From NCBI GenBank assembly GCA_036170915.1, contig JAVHQC010000035.1, positions 128,001 to 192,000 of the forward strand: 64,000 nucleotides of DNA. The letters run 5' to 3'. Under the pieces are notes generated by a model that saw only the letters and a program-made list of their open reading frames with translations, made no database searches and was not told the origin of the DNA. Positions 9,300 through 18,406 of this stretch are shown here, piece by piece. The stretch's first letter is position 1. Every line of letters begins with the position of its first letter. The position numbers and the translations under genes are program-made. Source of the stretch: Cyanobacteria bacterium auto_48_18. Lineage in GTDB: Bacteria; Cyanobacteriota; Vampirovibrionia; Obscuribacterales; Obscuribacteraceae.

Positions 9300-10206
9300 A
9301 CACCACCGCTTCAGCCTTATCTGCTGGTTGCAACAACGATGAATCAATCAAATATCCTTCCGCTGAAACTTGTCGCACGTTCGATTGTTCCGGACTATTG
9401 AGCCAGAAAGCTCCCAGACCGAAAACCATTACAAAGACAGCCGCTACAGCCGCAAGTGCATATAAGCGTCTATCAAGTCCTTTTACTACCTTATTAGATG
9501 TAAGTTGAGCCGATTGTGTTTTTGGTGTAAAGGGCACCACTTGCAATTTGCTTTTGATACCAGGCCACAGATCGAACTCTTCTGGAATCTCAGGTTTATA
9601 AGAATCGCGCAGAATATCGCCCACAGTCGAAATCTTGTTGAATTCAACCTGACAATTGGCGCAATCAGTTAAGTGCTTAGTGATTTCTCTGTGTCTTTGC
9701 GAAACCACTTCTTGATCGAGGTAAGCGGAAAGCTCGTTATCAATCAGGGCACAGTCAGCGTTAAGTCGTTCCTTAATAGAAGACCACAAATCGACATTGA
9801 CGGCCGCCGGCAGTTCCAACCCTTTTGACAGCAGACGATTGGTTTGATTAAGAGCAGTAAATTTCGCCAGACAGTCGGCGCAATCTTTAAGATGCTGATT
9901 AACACCCTCTTGAGCTGGTGAAGTCAATTCTCCATCCAGATAGGCAGAAAGATCGTCAAGAATGACATCACACACAGAAGGTAATTCGTGTGACATTTTC
10001 GACCACAGATCGGGCATCTCGGAGCTATCTGAGAAAGCCCTGCCGAGCATGGCAGTCAACGCTTTTAGCGATTCATAGCTGGCCGTGCACTCGGTGCAAT
10101 CGAGCATATGTTCGTTAATTTCTTTGGCAAGCTCCGGAGCTACTTGATTGTCAAGCAATGCCGAAAGTTCATCCTTATATTTATCGCAAGCTAAAGCTTC
10201 AACCAT
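9289..10206 (-). CDS. Transmembrane zinc-binding anti-sigma factor with three tandem zf-HC2 (ZAS) domains
   Basis: Three C-x25-H-x3-C-x2-C motifs, each with LSAxLD and DLW, then one TM helix. Overlaps the end of the ECF sigma gene. Confidence 0.88.
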   Translation of the reverse strand: MVEALACDKYKDELSALLDNQVAPELAKEINEHMLDCTECTASYESLKALTAMLGRAFSDSSEMPDLWSKMSHELPSVCDVILDDLSAYLDGELTSPAQEGVNQHLKDCADCLAKFTALNQTNRLLSKGLELPAAVNVDLWSSIKERLNADCALIDNELSAYLDQEVVSQRHREITKHLTDCANCQVEFNKISTVGDILRDSYKPEIPEEFDLWPGIKSKLQVVPFTPKTQSAQLTSNKVVKGLDRRLYALAAVAAVFVMVFGLGAFWLNSPEQSNVRQVSAEGYLIDSSLLQPADKAEAVVYEE

Positions 10207-10834
10207 CGCTAGGAACCTCTGGTACAGACTGAGATTGTTCGATGTAGGGCTTAAGCAACTCTTGCAATTTGGTACGGGCTCGCGCAATTCGCGACTTAAC
10301 CGTTCCCATTTCTGTTTGTGTAATTACTGCAATTTCGTCGTAGCTTAAACCCTCCACTTCTCTCAAGACGATGGCTGTACGAAACTGTTCCGGCAACCGC
10401 AACATTGCCTGGCGGATGACTTCCGAGACTTCCTTATTGAGGATTTTTTCATCAGGCAAGATGGAATTATCAGGTATATCGCGGGTTGAGCCGTCAGACT
10501 CACCGTCCTCTCCACCATGAGAATCATCCATAGATACAGTGGGCAGGCGACGCGGGCGCTTACGCAGTTCGTCATAAAATAGATTAGTGACAATTTGAGT
10601 TAGCCAACCACGGAACGAGGCTGGGTTTCTCAGGTTGTTAATGGAGCGCCAGACGCGAATGAAAACTTCCTGAGCCAGATCCGAAGTGTCTTCCCAGTCA
10701 GGAGCCAATTGATAGATTAATGAATATACGGTGCGTTGATGCCGTTTAACCAGCTCTTCAAAGGCCTGGGGCTCGCGTTTCTGGCAAGCTAAAACTAGAT
10801 CACGGTCACTTTTCTGAGAGTAAGCGGTTGGCAT
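10199..10834 (-). CDS. ECF RNA polymerase sigma factor (RpoE / cyanobacterial SigG-like)
   Basis: DLAQEVFIRVWR, FRGWLTQIVTNLFYDELRKR (region 2); LREVEGLSYDEIA..GTVKSRIARAR (region 4). Confidence 0.93.
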   Translation of the reverse strand: MPTAYSQKSDRDLVLACQKREPQAFEELVKRHQRTVYSLIYQLAPDWEDTSDLAQEVFIRVWRSINNLRNPASFRGWLTQIVTNLFYDELRKRPRRLPTVSMDDSHGGEDGESDGSTRDIPDNSILPDEKILNKEVSEVIRQAMLRLPEQFRTAIVLREVEGLSYDEIAVITQTEMGTVKSRIARARTKLQELLKPYIEQSQSVPEVPSDG

Positions 10835-11076
10835 CGAAGGTCCCTATACACGTTCCTTAATATGGTAACACTTGAAACCGAGCTCGAAATCGCCAAGATT
10901 GAGACAGAAGCATCAATTTTCGACAGCTGAGTTAGATTTCGGGCCACGGTTCTAACGATAGATTTATTTCAGGAATGGCAAAAAATGGTAGCATAGCAGG
11001 TTAAGCCAGCTGAAAGCGGCTTAGCTACAGCTTTTAAGCCGTGCCAAATTTTCATATGACTCAAGGAGTTGCTGCT

Positions 11077-12351
11077 TTGACCACAAACTATTTATTCACT
11101 TCTGAGTCGGTAACAGAAGGCCACCCTGATAAAGTTTGCGACCAGATTTCAGACGCTATTCTCGACGCCATGCTTTCCCAAGATGTGAAAGCTCGAGTTG
11201 CCGCTGAATGCGCAGTATCCACAGGCCTGGTGCTTGTCACCGGTGAAATAACCAGCACCGCCACCGTCGATTTCCAAGAGCTGATTCGCTCCGTCATCAC
11301 AGAAATTGGCTACACCGGCGAAAAAGGGGGCGGTTTCGATGCCATGTCGTGCGCCATTCTCACCGCCATTAACAAACAGTCACCAGATATTGCTTCTGGA
11401 GTCGATCAAGCTTTAGAGAGCCGACCTGTGACAGCAGATGGGAAAGCCTCGTCTACAGATGCAGCTGACGAAACCGGTGCCGGCGACCAGGGCATGATGT
11501 TTGGTTTTGCCTGCAACGAAACACCTGAAATGATGCCTATGCCTATTTCGGTGGCGCACCGCATTGCTCGCCGCCTATCTGAAGTGAGAAAAAACGGCAC
11601 TCTGAAATATTTGAGACCAGACGGCAAAACTCAAGTCAGTATTGAATATAACGGCACCACACCGGTGCGGGTCGATTCCATCGTTGTCTCCACCCAACAC
11701 GACCCAATCGTTGACGGCATCGAAGAAAACACCAAGCTGCAAGAGCGCATCGCTCAAGACTTGAAGGCTTACGTGATTATGCCGGTCTTCCAAGATCTTT
11801 CCATCAAACCAGATGACCAGACCAGATATTTGATCAATCCATCAGGAAGATTTGTTGTCGGTGGGCCACATGGTGATGCCGGATTGACCGGCCGCAAAAT
11901 TATTGTGGATACCTATGGCGGTTATTCGCGCCACGGTGGTGGTGCCTTCTCCGGTAAAGATCCAACAAAAGTTGACCGCTCAGCTGCTTATGCTGCTCGT
12001 CACGTGGCAAAAAATATCGTCGCAGCCGGTTTAGCTGATCGCTGCGAAGTACAAATTGCTTACGCCATTGGTGTAGCCAGGCCAGTTTCGGTCAATGTAA
12101 CTACTTTCGGCACAGGCAAAATGCCTGATCACAAAATTACCGAGTTGATTCATTCAACCTTTGATTTGAGACCAGCTGCCATTATCAAAACATTCAAATT
12201 GAATGAGTTGCCAAAACTCAATGGCGGCAAATTCTATCGCAACGTGGCTGCATACGGGCACTTTGGCAGACCTGATTTGAATCTTCCCTGGGAACAACTG
12301 GATAGGGTGGAAGAGCTAAAAAAGTCGCTGGCTAAAGCAGCCAGTGCCTGA
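11077..12351 (+). CDS. metK: S-adenosylmethionine synthase
   Basis: [44 protein letters not shown] start chosen 8 nt after AGGAG. Confidence 0.97.
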   Translation: MTTNYLFTSESVTEGHPDKVCDQISDAILDAMLSQDVKARVAAECAVSTGLVLVTGEITSTATVDFQELIRSVITEIGYTGEKGGGFDAMSCAILTAINKQSPDIASGVDQALESRPVTADGKASSTDAADETGAGDQGMMFGFACNETPEMMPMPISVAHRIARRLSEVRKNGTLKYLRPDGKTQVSIEYNGTTPVRVDSIVVSTQHDPIVDGIEENTKLQERIAQDLKAYVIMPVFQDLSIKPDDQTRYLINPSGRFVVGGPHGDAGLTGRKIIVDTYGGYSRHGGGAFSGKDPTKVDRSAAYAARHVAKNIVAAGLADRCEVQIAYAIGVARPVSVNVTTFGTGKMPDHKITELIHSTFDLRPAAIIKTFKLNELPKLNGGKFYRNVAAYGHFGRPDLNLPWEQLDRVEELKKSLAKAASA

Positions 12352-12423
12352 GATAATCTGACGCTGTGATTTTGATTAACGATCTTTAGTAAGGAAACTT
12401 TTTGTGATCGCCAAGCTAAGTCT

Positions 12424-13392
12424 ATGAAATCCGGCACGCTTACAGTCAATCCTGACACTGCGGAGTCATACATTGTTGAACTCACTGAAGGCGAAGTGCT
12501 TCAGATTGGGCGTAAACCTGCCTCCGGTGGTATGAAAAAACTGGTTTTGCCCTACCCTGAAGTATCAGGGCAACATTCAGAAATTCGTTGCAAATCAGAA
12601 GGCTGGACAATCGTTGATGCCGGCAGCACTAACGGCACAATGCTCAACGGCGGGCGCTTGACGCCCGGCAAAGAGTATCACTTACACTCTGGTGACCGTG
12701 TCAAAATCGCCCAGTACGAGCTTCTGGTAGATCCACCTGAATTCGATCATCCTAATCAAGATGAAGATACGGACGATTCACAAGACCGCACGCAGTTCCG
12801 TATTCAAATGATGAACGCCACCATTCTGGTTGGTGACATCAAAGGCTTTACCTCTTTGATGGAAGCCCATGCCACCAGGCCGATGATGGTAATGGAAGCA
12901 GCGCAAAAAGTTTTTGATACTCTCAATGATGAGATCAATAAGAACTATGGTCAGCTCGAGAAAATCGCCGGTGACGCCATCATGGCTTACTGGCAGGGCA
13001 ACGACGCTAAAACTGGCGGCGGGCTTTCAGCGTGTCAGGCCTGCATTACCGCTTTAAAATTGAAGATTATTACCGTCAAATTGGCAGCAGATAAACGAGT
13101 CTGGCCTTTTGAAGGCCATCCGTTAATGCTCGACATGGCTCTGGCAACAGGTCCTGTGGCCTCCGGTAATCTTGGCTCAAACGCATCTAACCCCGCACTT
13201 CTGGGTGACACGGCCAATCTGGTATTTCGACTGGAGAAACTTATTGGCGACGATCGCCCTGGCGACATTATTGTCGAAGGCGTGACTTACGAGCTGGCTA
13301 AAGACAATTTTAAATTTGATTTTCTTGGTCAATTCAATGTAAAAGGCCGCCAGAAACCAGTCGATGTCTATCGCTTGATCTCACCTCTTTAG
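12424..13392 (+). CDS. FHA-domain class III adenylate/guanylate cyclase
   Basis: FHA: IGR..VSGQH..D.GSTNGT. Cyclase: ILVGDIKGFT, EKIAGDAIMA, GDTANLVFRLE, VKGRQKPV. Confidence 0.9.
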   Translation: MKSGTLTVNPDTAESYIVELTEGEVLQIGRKPASGGMKKLVLPYPEVSGQHSEIRCKSEGWTIVDAGSTNGTMLNGGRLTPGKEYHLHSGDRVKIAQYELLVDPPEFDHPNQDEDTDDSQDRTQFRIQMMNATILVGDIKGFTSLMEAHATRPMMVMEAAQKVFDTLNDEINKNYGQLEKIAGDAIMAYWQGNDAKTGGGLSACQACITALKLKIITVKLAADKRVWPFEGHPLMLDMALATGPVASGNLGSNASNPALLGDTANLVFRLEKLIGDDRPGDIIVEGVTYELAKDNFKFDFLGQFNVKGRQKPVDVYRLISPL

Positions 13393-13400
13393 ACCATTCA

Positions 13401-14972
13401 ATGAACAAATTTGCACAACTGGCAGGCCGTCTGGTGATTGGCAGATTACCCGGTCTAGTTTTAGACGCCGAGCACAAGCAAGCTTTGCAGGCCGGCACTC
13501 TCGGTGGTATCACACTTTTCAAAGAAAATGCCAGTGATCTCAAACAGCTGGCCACGCTCACCCACAATATTTTGGCGGCCTCTTACCATGCCCCTGTTTT
13601 AACAGTAGATCAAGAAGGTGGCGCCGTTCAGCGCTTTGACCATGTGCTTTCGCCTTTACCGTCGCCCATGGCAGTGGCTGCCCGTGCAGATATTGAAGCA
13701 ACAAAGGCAATAACCGCCATCAGCTGCAGGCAACTAAAGGCGCTCGGATTTAACTTGTTGCTGGCTCCAACTTTAGACTTGCTCACTAATCCGCTTAATC
13801 CGGTGATAGGCACAAGAGCATTTAGCAGTGAGTTAGAGTGCACTACCAGTATGGGCGCACAAGTGATCGCGGCCATTGAAGAGTCTGGCATGATTGCCTG
13901 TCCAAAACATTTTCCTGGGCACGGCTCAACCAGTCAAGACTCGCACCTGGAGCTGGCTATAGTCGACAAAAGCCGTTTGCAATTAGACCAGTATGACCTG
14001 GCCCCTTTTGCCAGAAACATTGCGTTGATGCGCGCCATTTTAATTGGACACATCTGGTTGCCGCAGCTTGAAGAAAAGAAGCCTGCTACATTGTCACCGC
14101 TGGTAGTGACCGAAATTTTGCGTCGCGAGCTCAAATTTGATGGCCTAGCAATTTCAGACGACATGACCATGAAGGCAATAACTAAAGCTTATGGTCTCGG
14201 TGAAGCTTGCGTCATGGCTGTAGAAGCTGGTATCGACTTGATTTTAGTATGCGGCACTTTTGCCCAATCAGCCGAGGCGGTGCAAGCAATTAGCTCGGCC
14301 ATAGAAAGCGGGCGCTTGAGCAGCAAGCGGGTGAATGAGTCAGTCACCAGATTAGACAAACTATTTCAGGGAAAACCGCAATGCATAGACCCGTCAACTG
14401 AGCCAGATAAGCTCGAAATTTTGCAAAATCAGATTGTGGCAGATTCTTCTTACAGCACCAAATTTAGTACTACCTCGCCCGCGCTGATGCGGGGTAACAT
14501 CTCGAGAGCAACAGACTGGCTGGTGCTTGCACCCAATCACCCACGTTATCACCTGCCCCTGGCCGAAGCTCTGGCCGAAACTATGGCCGAAACTATGCCG
14601 GAAACTCTGGCTGCAAATGAAATCGCCACAGAAGAGCTACGGTATAGCATTAATCCTGATCAAATTGAAATTGAAAATCTGATCGCAAAGTGCCGCAACA
14701 GAAATGTAATTCTGATCACATTCCGCACATTTATTAATAGCAGCCAAGCACAGCTTGCAGATCAGATCGGCAAAAACTCGAGTAAGACAAACCAATTTGT
14801 TCAGATTGCCGCAGACACTCCCTACGATCTGCTCAAAATGCCCACCACGGTGACAGCCTCACTAGCAGCATTCGACCCCAGCGATCAAGCCATGATGGGC
14901 ATTGCCGAGATTATCGGAGGACGGAGCGGAGCGCGGGGTAATTGTCCGGTGAATTTGAGATTAGACATATAA
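13401..14972 (+). CDS. nagZ: Beta-N-acetylhexosaminidase (GH3, NagZ family) with C-terminal domain
   Basis: VDQEGGAVQR, KHFPGHG..DSH, and ISDDM nucleophile motif. Confidence 0.9.
   Translation: MNKFAQLAGRLVIGRLPGLVLDAEHKQALQAGTLGGITLFKENASDLKQLATLTHNILAASYHAPVLTVDQEGGAVQRFDHVLSPLPSPMAVAARADIEATKAITAISCRQLKALGFNLLLAPTLDLLTNPLNPVIGTRAFSSELECTTSMGAQVIAAIEESGMIACPKHFPGHGSTSQDSHLELAIVDKSRLQLDQYDLAPFARNIALMRAILIGHIWLPQLEEKKPATLSPLVVTEILRRELKFDGLAISDDMTMKAITKAYGLGEACVMAVEAGIDLILVCGTFAQSAEAVQAISSAIESGRLSSKRVNESVTRLDKLFQGKPQCIDPSTEPDKLEILQNQIVADSSYSTKFSTTSPALMRGNISRATDWLVLAPNHPRYHLPLAEALAETMAETMPETLAANEIATEELRYSINPDQIEIENLIAKCRNRNVILITFRTFINSSQAQLADQIGKNSSKTNQFVQIAADTPYDLLKMPTTVTASLAAFDPSDQAMMGIAEIIGGRSGARGNCPVNLRLDI
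14559..14618 (+). repeat. In-frame imperfect 12-bp tandem repeat (about 5 units) in nagZ
   Basis: ctggccgaagct/ctggccgaaact/atggccgaaact/atgccggaaact/ctggctgcaaat = LAEA LAET MAET MPET LAAN. Confidence 0.75.
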
Positions 14973-14998
14973 TAGGTTTGTTGGCCTGAGGTTTAAAG

Positions 14999-15253
14999 AT
15001 GGATCCTGAACAAACACTACCACCGGCGTCAGGGGAGCCAATTCCTCAAGCACCTGCAGCGCCTCAAGTTGCTCAACCTAGTCAAACTGAGAGGATATCG
15101 TCCATGGCAAGCGATCCACGCATATCAAAATATCTCGGTAAAGCCACCAAAGTGGTTGTAGCCTGTGCCGTTAGCGGTTCTATATTGCTGGTGGTGGCAA
15201 TTTTAGCCGTGGTCAACCTGCTTAACCAGGTCACCTCTGCGATACATCCATAG
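14999..15253 (+). CDS. Small single-pass membrane protein
   Basis: GAGG RBS, Pro-rich N-terminus and one hydrophobic helix. Confidence 0.6.
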   Translation: MDPEQTLPPASGEPIPQAPAAPQVAQPSQTERISSMASDPRISKYLGKATKVVVACAVSGSILLVVAILAVVNLLNQVTSAIHP

Positions 15254-15255
15254 AC

Positions 15256-16869
15256 TTAGCCTTTGATGTCGCGATAAAGTGCAATAGGCATGGCTGCACG
15301 CAGAGCCGCTGCCTTAGCCGCTTCACCAGCAGCAAGCAAAACTCCTAAATCAAGACAATCTTCAGGAATACAACTAACGCCAAAGGCCAAAGACAAGTTT
15401 GAGCTATCAATATTCGGGCTCAAAGGCGCACTCCAAATTGCTTTAGCCACTCTCTGAGCAAAAGTATTGGCACCAGTAGTTTTTGTATTCGGTAAAAGCA
15501 TTGCATAATCATATTGGTCATAGTGGGCCAATAAATCGATGTGACGCTTCAAACGGCTGATGCGACGCACTACTTCGGCCAGTGCAGGAGTATCAAGTGG
15601 CTGCCTTTCAAAATGAGGCGGGCCGCTAATTACTCGCATCTCCATTACCATTACAGAAAGTGGACTGCCTGATCGGTAACCGCGGAAATATTCTTGCTCG
15701 AGAAAATACAAGAACGCTTCATAAGTAAACATGCCGGTTTCAGGCCGTCGCAAGTTCATCATGACACTGTGAATCTTTGATTTATCAATAATCTTGGGGG
15801 CGATTGTTGCCTTCTCTTCTTTGACACCAACGAAGTCATTGGTGAATGTAATCAAGTCGGCGTTAAGCAAAAGGGTAATCAAAGGCACCCACTGGCTGCG
15901 CGATAGACGTGTTTTATCGACAAGTGCTTTAATTGTGGTCTTATCATCAATCACTGAATAAAAAGCTTTCAGTATATGACTGGCCACAGTGGTATCGTGC
16001 GCCGCCAGACTTTCAAAGTCGTAACCGACCACGCTCTCATGTTTACGAATGAGCACAGAATCAGTCTGCAGGCCAACGTTGCGCAAGAACGTAACTTTGT
16101 CCACAAGGTGCACGCCCAGAATTACAAGATTCTCGATGGGCTGAGCAACGTTTCTCTGAGCCACTCTAACTCGTGGTTCAAATTGGTACTTTCCTTCGCG
16201 CCAGGTGAGCAAATCTAAAATGCCTTCATCACCTAAGATGCCGCCTACATCTGCATGTTGAGGTTCGCCATCAACAAAGAATATTTTTGCGTGCAAACTA
16301 CCTTGATCAACATCAAGTCGGCCGGTCATTTTCGCTAATAAAATTGACTGCAGCAATCTGGAAATTTCAACAAGTGACAGGTCACCGTTAGGTGGCAACG
16401 TGGACCGCGTCCAGGCATTGTCTTGCGGTTGGGTGACTGACTTATTGCTTTTGGGATCAGTTTCATCGTTTTGCTTGGAAGTCTGCATAAAGAGCGTGTC
16501 GCGTCGCTTGGACGAATCTCTAAAAGCTTCACTGACTGAAATCACACCGTCCGCTTGTACACTCTGGTGCACTTCGCCGCATGACGAAATAATCAGATTA
16601 TAGACAAGCAAAACGTCACAGCTGGTGTAATCCCAGACCAGGCGCATGTTCTTGCCGACGAATAATTTCCATTCAGTGTCTCCGCCACGCCAGGGACAAA
16701 GAATATTGAGAGTAAAATCTATTGCTCGATCGGGTGTAGACCACGTAATTTCAACTTGCCTTCCCCGATGCTCCATTGCCACCGATAAATAGTGGTGAAT
16801 TTCAGACAAACCCGGCGCGGCCGGTAACTTCTGAAGAGTTTTAGGGAGCGGACCCGATCTCCGTAACAT
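15256..16869 (-). CDS. DUF4388 (PatA-N-like) plus degenerate GGDEF domain protein
   Basis: GDLSLVEISRLLQSI..MTGRL..IFFVDGEPQHA..LLTWREGKYQF (DUF4388). C-terminus PETGMFT..LSVMVMEM..LLAHYDQYDYAMLLPNT..LSLAFGVS is a GGDEF fold that has lost the signature. Confidence 0.8.
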   Translation of the reverse strand: MLRRSGPLPKTLQKLPAAPGLSEIHHYLSVAMEHRGRQVEITWSTPDRAIDFTLNILCPWRGGDTEWKLFVGKNMRLVWDYTSCDVLLVYNLIISSCGEVHQSVQADGVISVSEAFRDSSKRRDTLFMQTSKQNDETDPKSNKSVTQPQDNAWTRSTLPPNGDLSLVEISRLLQSILLAKMTGRLDVDQGSLHAKIFFVDGEPQHADVGGILGDEGILDLLTWREGKYQFEPRVRVAQRNVAQPIENLVILGVHLVDKVTFLRNVGLQTDSVLIRKHESVVGYDFESLAAHDTTVASHILKAFYSVIDDKTTIKALVDKTRLSRSQWVPLITLLLNADLITFTNDFVGVKEEKATIAPKIIDKSKIHSVMMNLRRPETGMFTYEAFLYFLEQEYFRGYRSGSPLSVMVMEMRVISGPPHFERQPLDTPALAEVVRRISRLKRHIDLLAHYDQYDYAMLLPNTKTTGANTFAQRVAKAIWSAPLSPNIDSSNLSLAFGVSCIPEDCLDLGVLLAAGEAAKAAALRAAMPIALYRDIKG

Positions 16870-17083
16870 TGGACACCATCCTTTTTCAGCCTGTGTCTAC
16901 AGCAATAGGTTTCTCAACCTAACTCGACACAGTTAACGCCTTACGACTGACAATATGCCCAGCAAATTCAAAACTAACCCAATCAGGGCCCCAATTAGAG
17001 TGCTAGCGTCTTATAAAAAAACATTGCCACGTACCTAATACTACAGGTAGTGCATTTTGTCTTCAATAAACTCGCTCAATCAC

Positions 17084-17551
17084 TCAGTAGCGTTTCATCA
17101 AATATTGACCAGCCAGCACCATCACCAATATGAAGGCACCATTAATTGCTAGAGCCATGGAGAACAGGCTCGTACCGACCATCAACTGCCAGCAGACAAG
17201 TGCATGTCGTGGTGACATGACACGCAAAATACCAAAGCGTCCGACAATAAAAATAGTGAGTGCGAAGAGGAAAAACAAATCGGCTGCAAGTAAACAAAAG
17301 ATTGCATAGCGACCAAGGCCCGCCAGGGGCAAGAAGAGAAAGACAAGCGCAGCCACAACGGAACCACGCAGAATTCTCACGCTCTGTTTATCAGTCTCTC
17401 GAACGGTAACGGCTTTATCATTGGCCGCCTGTTTCACATGGGCAAGTGATTCCCAAAAGGCCGCGATAACGCCAATACGCTTGTTCCCGCGCTCCGCGGG
17501 TATGTCTGCGGAGGGGCTCTGATGACCCGATTGAGGTTCGCTTTCGCTCAT
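17084..17551 (-). CDS. Hypothetical multi-pass membrane protein
   Basis: GGAG RBS before the ATG at 17551; about three hydrophobic segments. Confidence 0.6.
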   Translation of the reverse strand: MSESEPQSGHQSPSADIPAERGNKRIGVIAAFWESLAHVKQAANDKAVTVRETDKQSVRILRGSVVAALVFLFLPLAGLGRYAIFCLLAADLFFLFALTIFIVGRFGILRVMSPRHALVCWQLMVGTSLFSMALAINGAFILVMVLAGQYLMKRY

Positions 17552-17622
17552 GGATACTCCTGTACTACCAGACAAAGTACCGCAATCTGGACAATTCCAA
17601 ACCTGCGAACTATAAGATTGGT

Positions 17623-18288
17623 TTAGAGCACAGCACTAGTTGTGGCAATAAGCTCGCTGCCGATATCAAAGAATGTTTGAAATAGTCTTTTTGCCTCGGC
17701 AACAATGGCGTCAATTTCGTTTTGATTGAAACCTTGAGCATTCATCGTTTCTTTAAAATTAGTCCAGCGCTCACGCTGTTTATCACCATAACGATCAAAA
17801 TAGCTGGCACCGCGATCTTCCGGCAGATTCATTCCAGCTCGCAAAGTTTTGGCCATAAACTTAGCACCGTTGGTTGAACCTTCCAGCACGTAAAGGAAAC
17901 CGAGTAAAGCCAAGGGTGAACGCCTGGCTAGCTCATCCATATAGCTGAGCAAACCAGCGGTAGAAGCTAGCGGCACAACACTATCAGGAGCAACTGAAAA
18001 ATAGTCAAGGTCACCAGTCACAGCACTGAGATCAGTATGATACGGAGCCAGTACAGCCGCCACACGAGTATCTGCCGAAGCAGCGCGTGTCAACAGGTCT
18101 CCCAAATGCTTATGCATGAGATAAAGCTGGCCCAGATAGGCTACATAGCGATCCTGCCTGACTGTACCGCTTCCCAACTGCTTCTGAAAATCTTGCCCTT
18201 CAGTGTCGTTGTGCATATCTTTAGTCGATTCGCGCAAAGCGTCCATTACGCCAACGGCATCGGATGCAGGTGTATTGTGGTCGGCCAT
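17623..18288 (-). CDS. Biliverdin-producing heme oxygenase (HemO/BphO/HO-1 fold)
   Basis: LRESTKDMH (proximal His) and LYVLEGSTNGA (distal helix). Start at MADHN after GGAG. Confidence 0.88.
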   Translation of the reverse strand: MADHNTPASDAVGVMDALRESTKDMHNDTEGQDFQKQLGSGTVRQDRYVAYLGQLYLMHKHLGDLLTRAASADTRVAAVLAPYHTDLSAVTGDLDYFSVAPDSVVPLASTAGLLSYMDELARRSPLALLGFLYVLEGSTNGAKFMAKTLRAGMNLPEDRGASYFDRYGDKQRERWTNFKETMNAQGFNQNEIDAIVAEAKRLFQTFFDIGSELIATTSAVL

Positions 18289-18406
18289 AAAATCTCCAGC
18301 GCATAGACGGGACGCCAATAGTTTATTACAAGCCCTGAATTTTAAGCGGAATAGTTGTGATTCTTTGCGTTTCCAGATTTCAAGAGCCGTTCTCTTTACC
18401 TTTTGA

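Noticed and set aside
10835..10960. Autoregulatory ECF promoter upstream of the sigma gene
   Set aside because: GAAC-like and GTC/TCT-like words are present but not at a convincing spacing.
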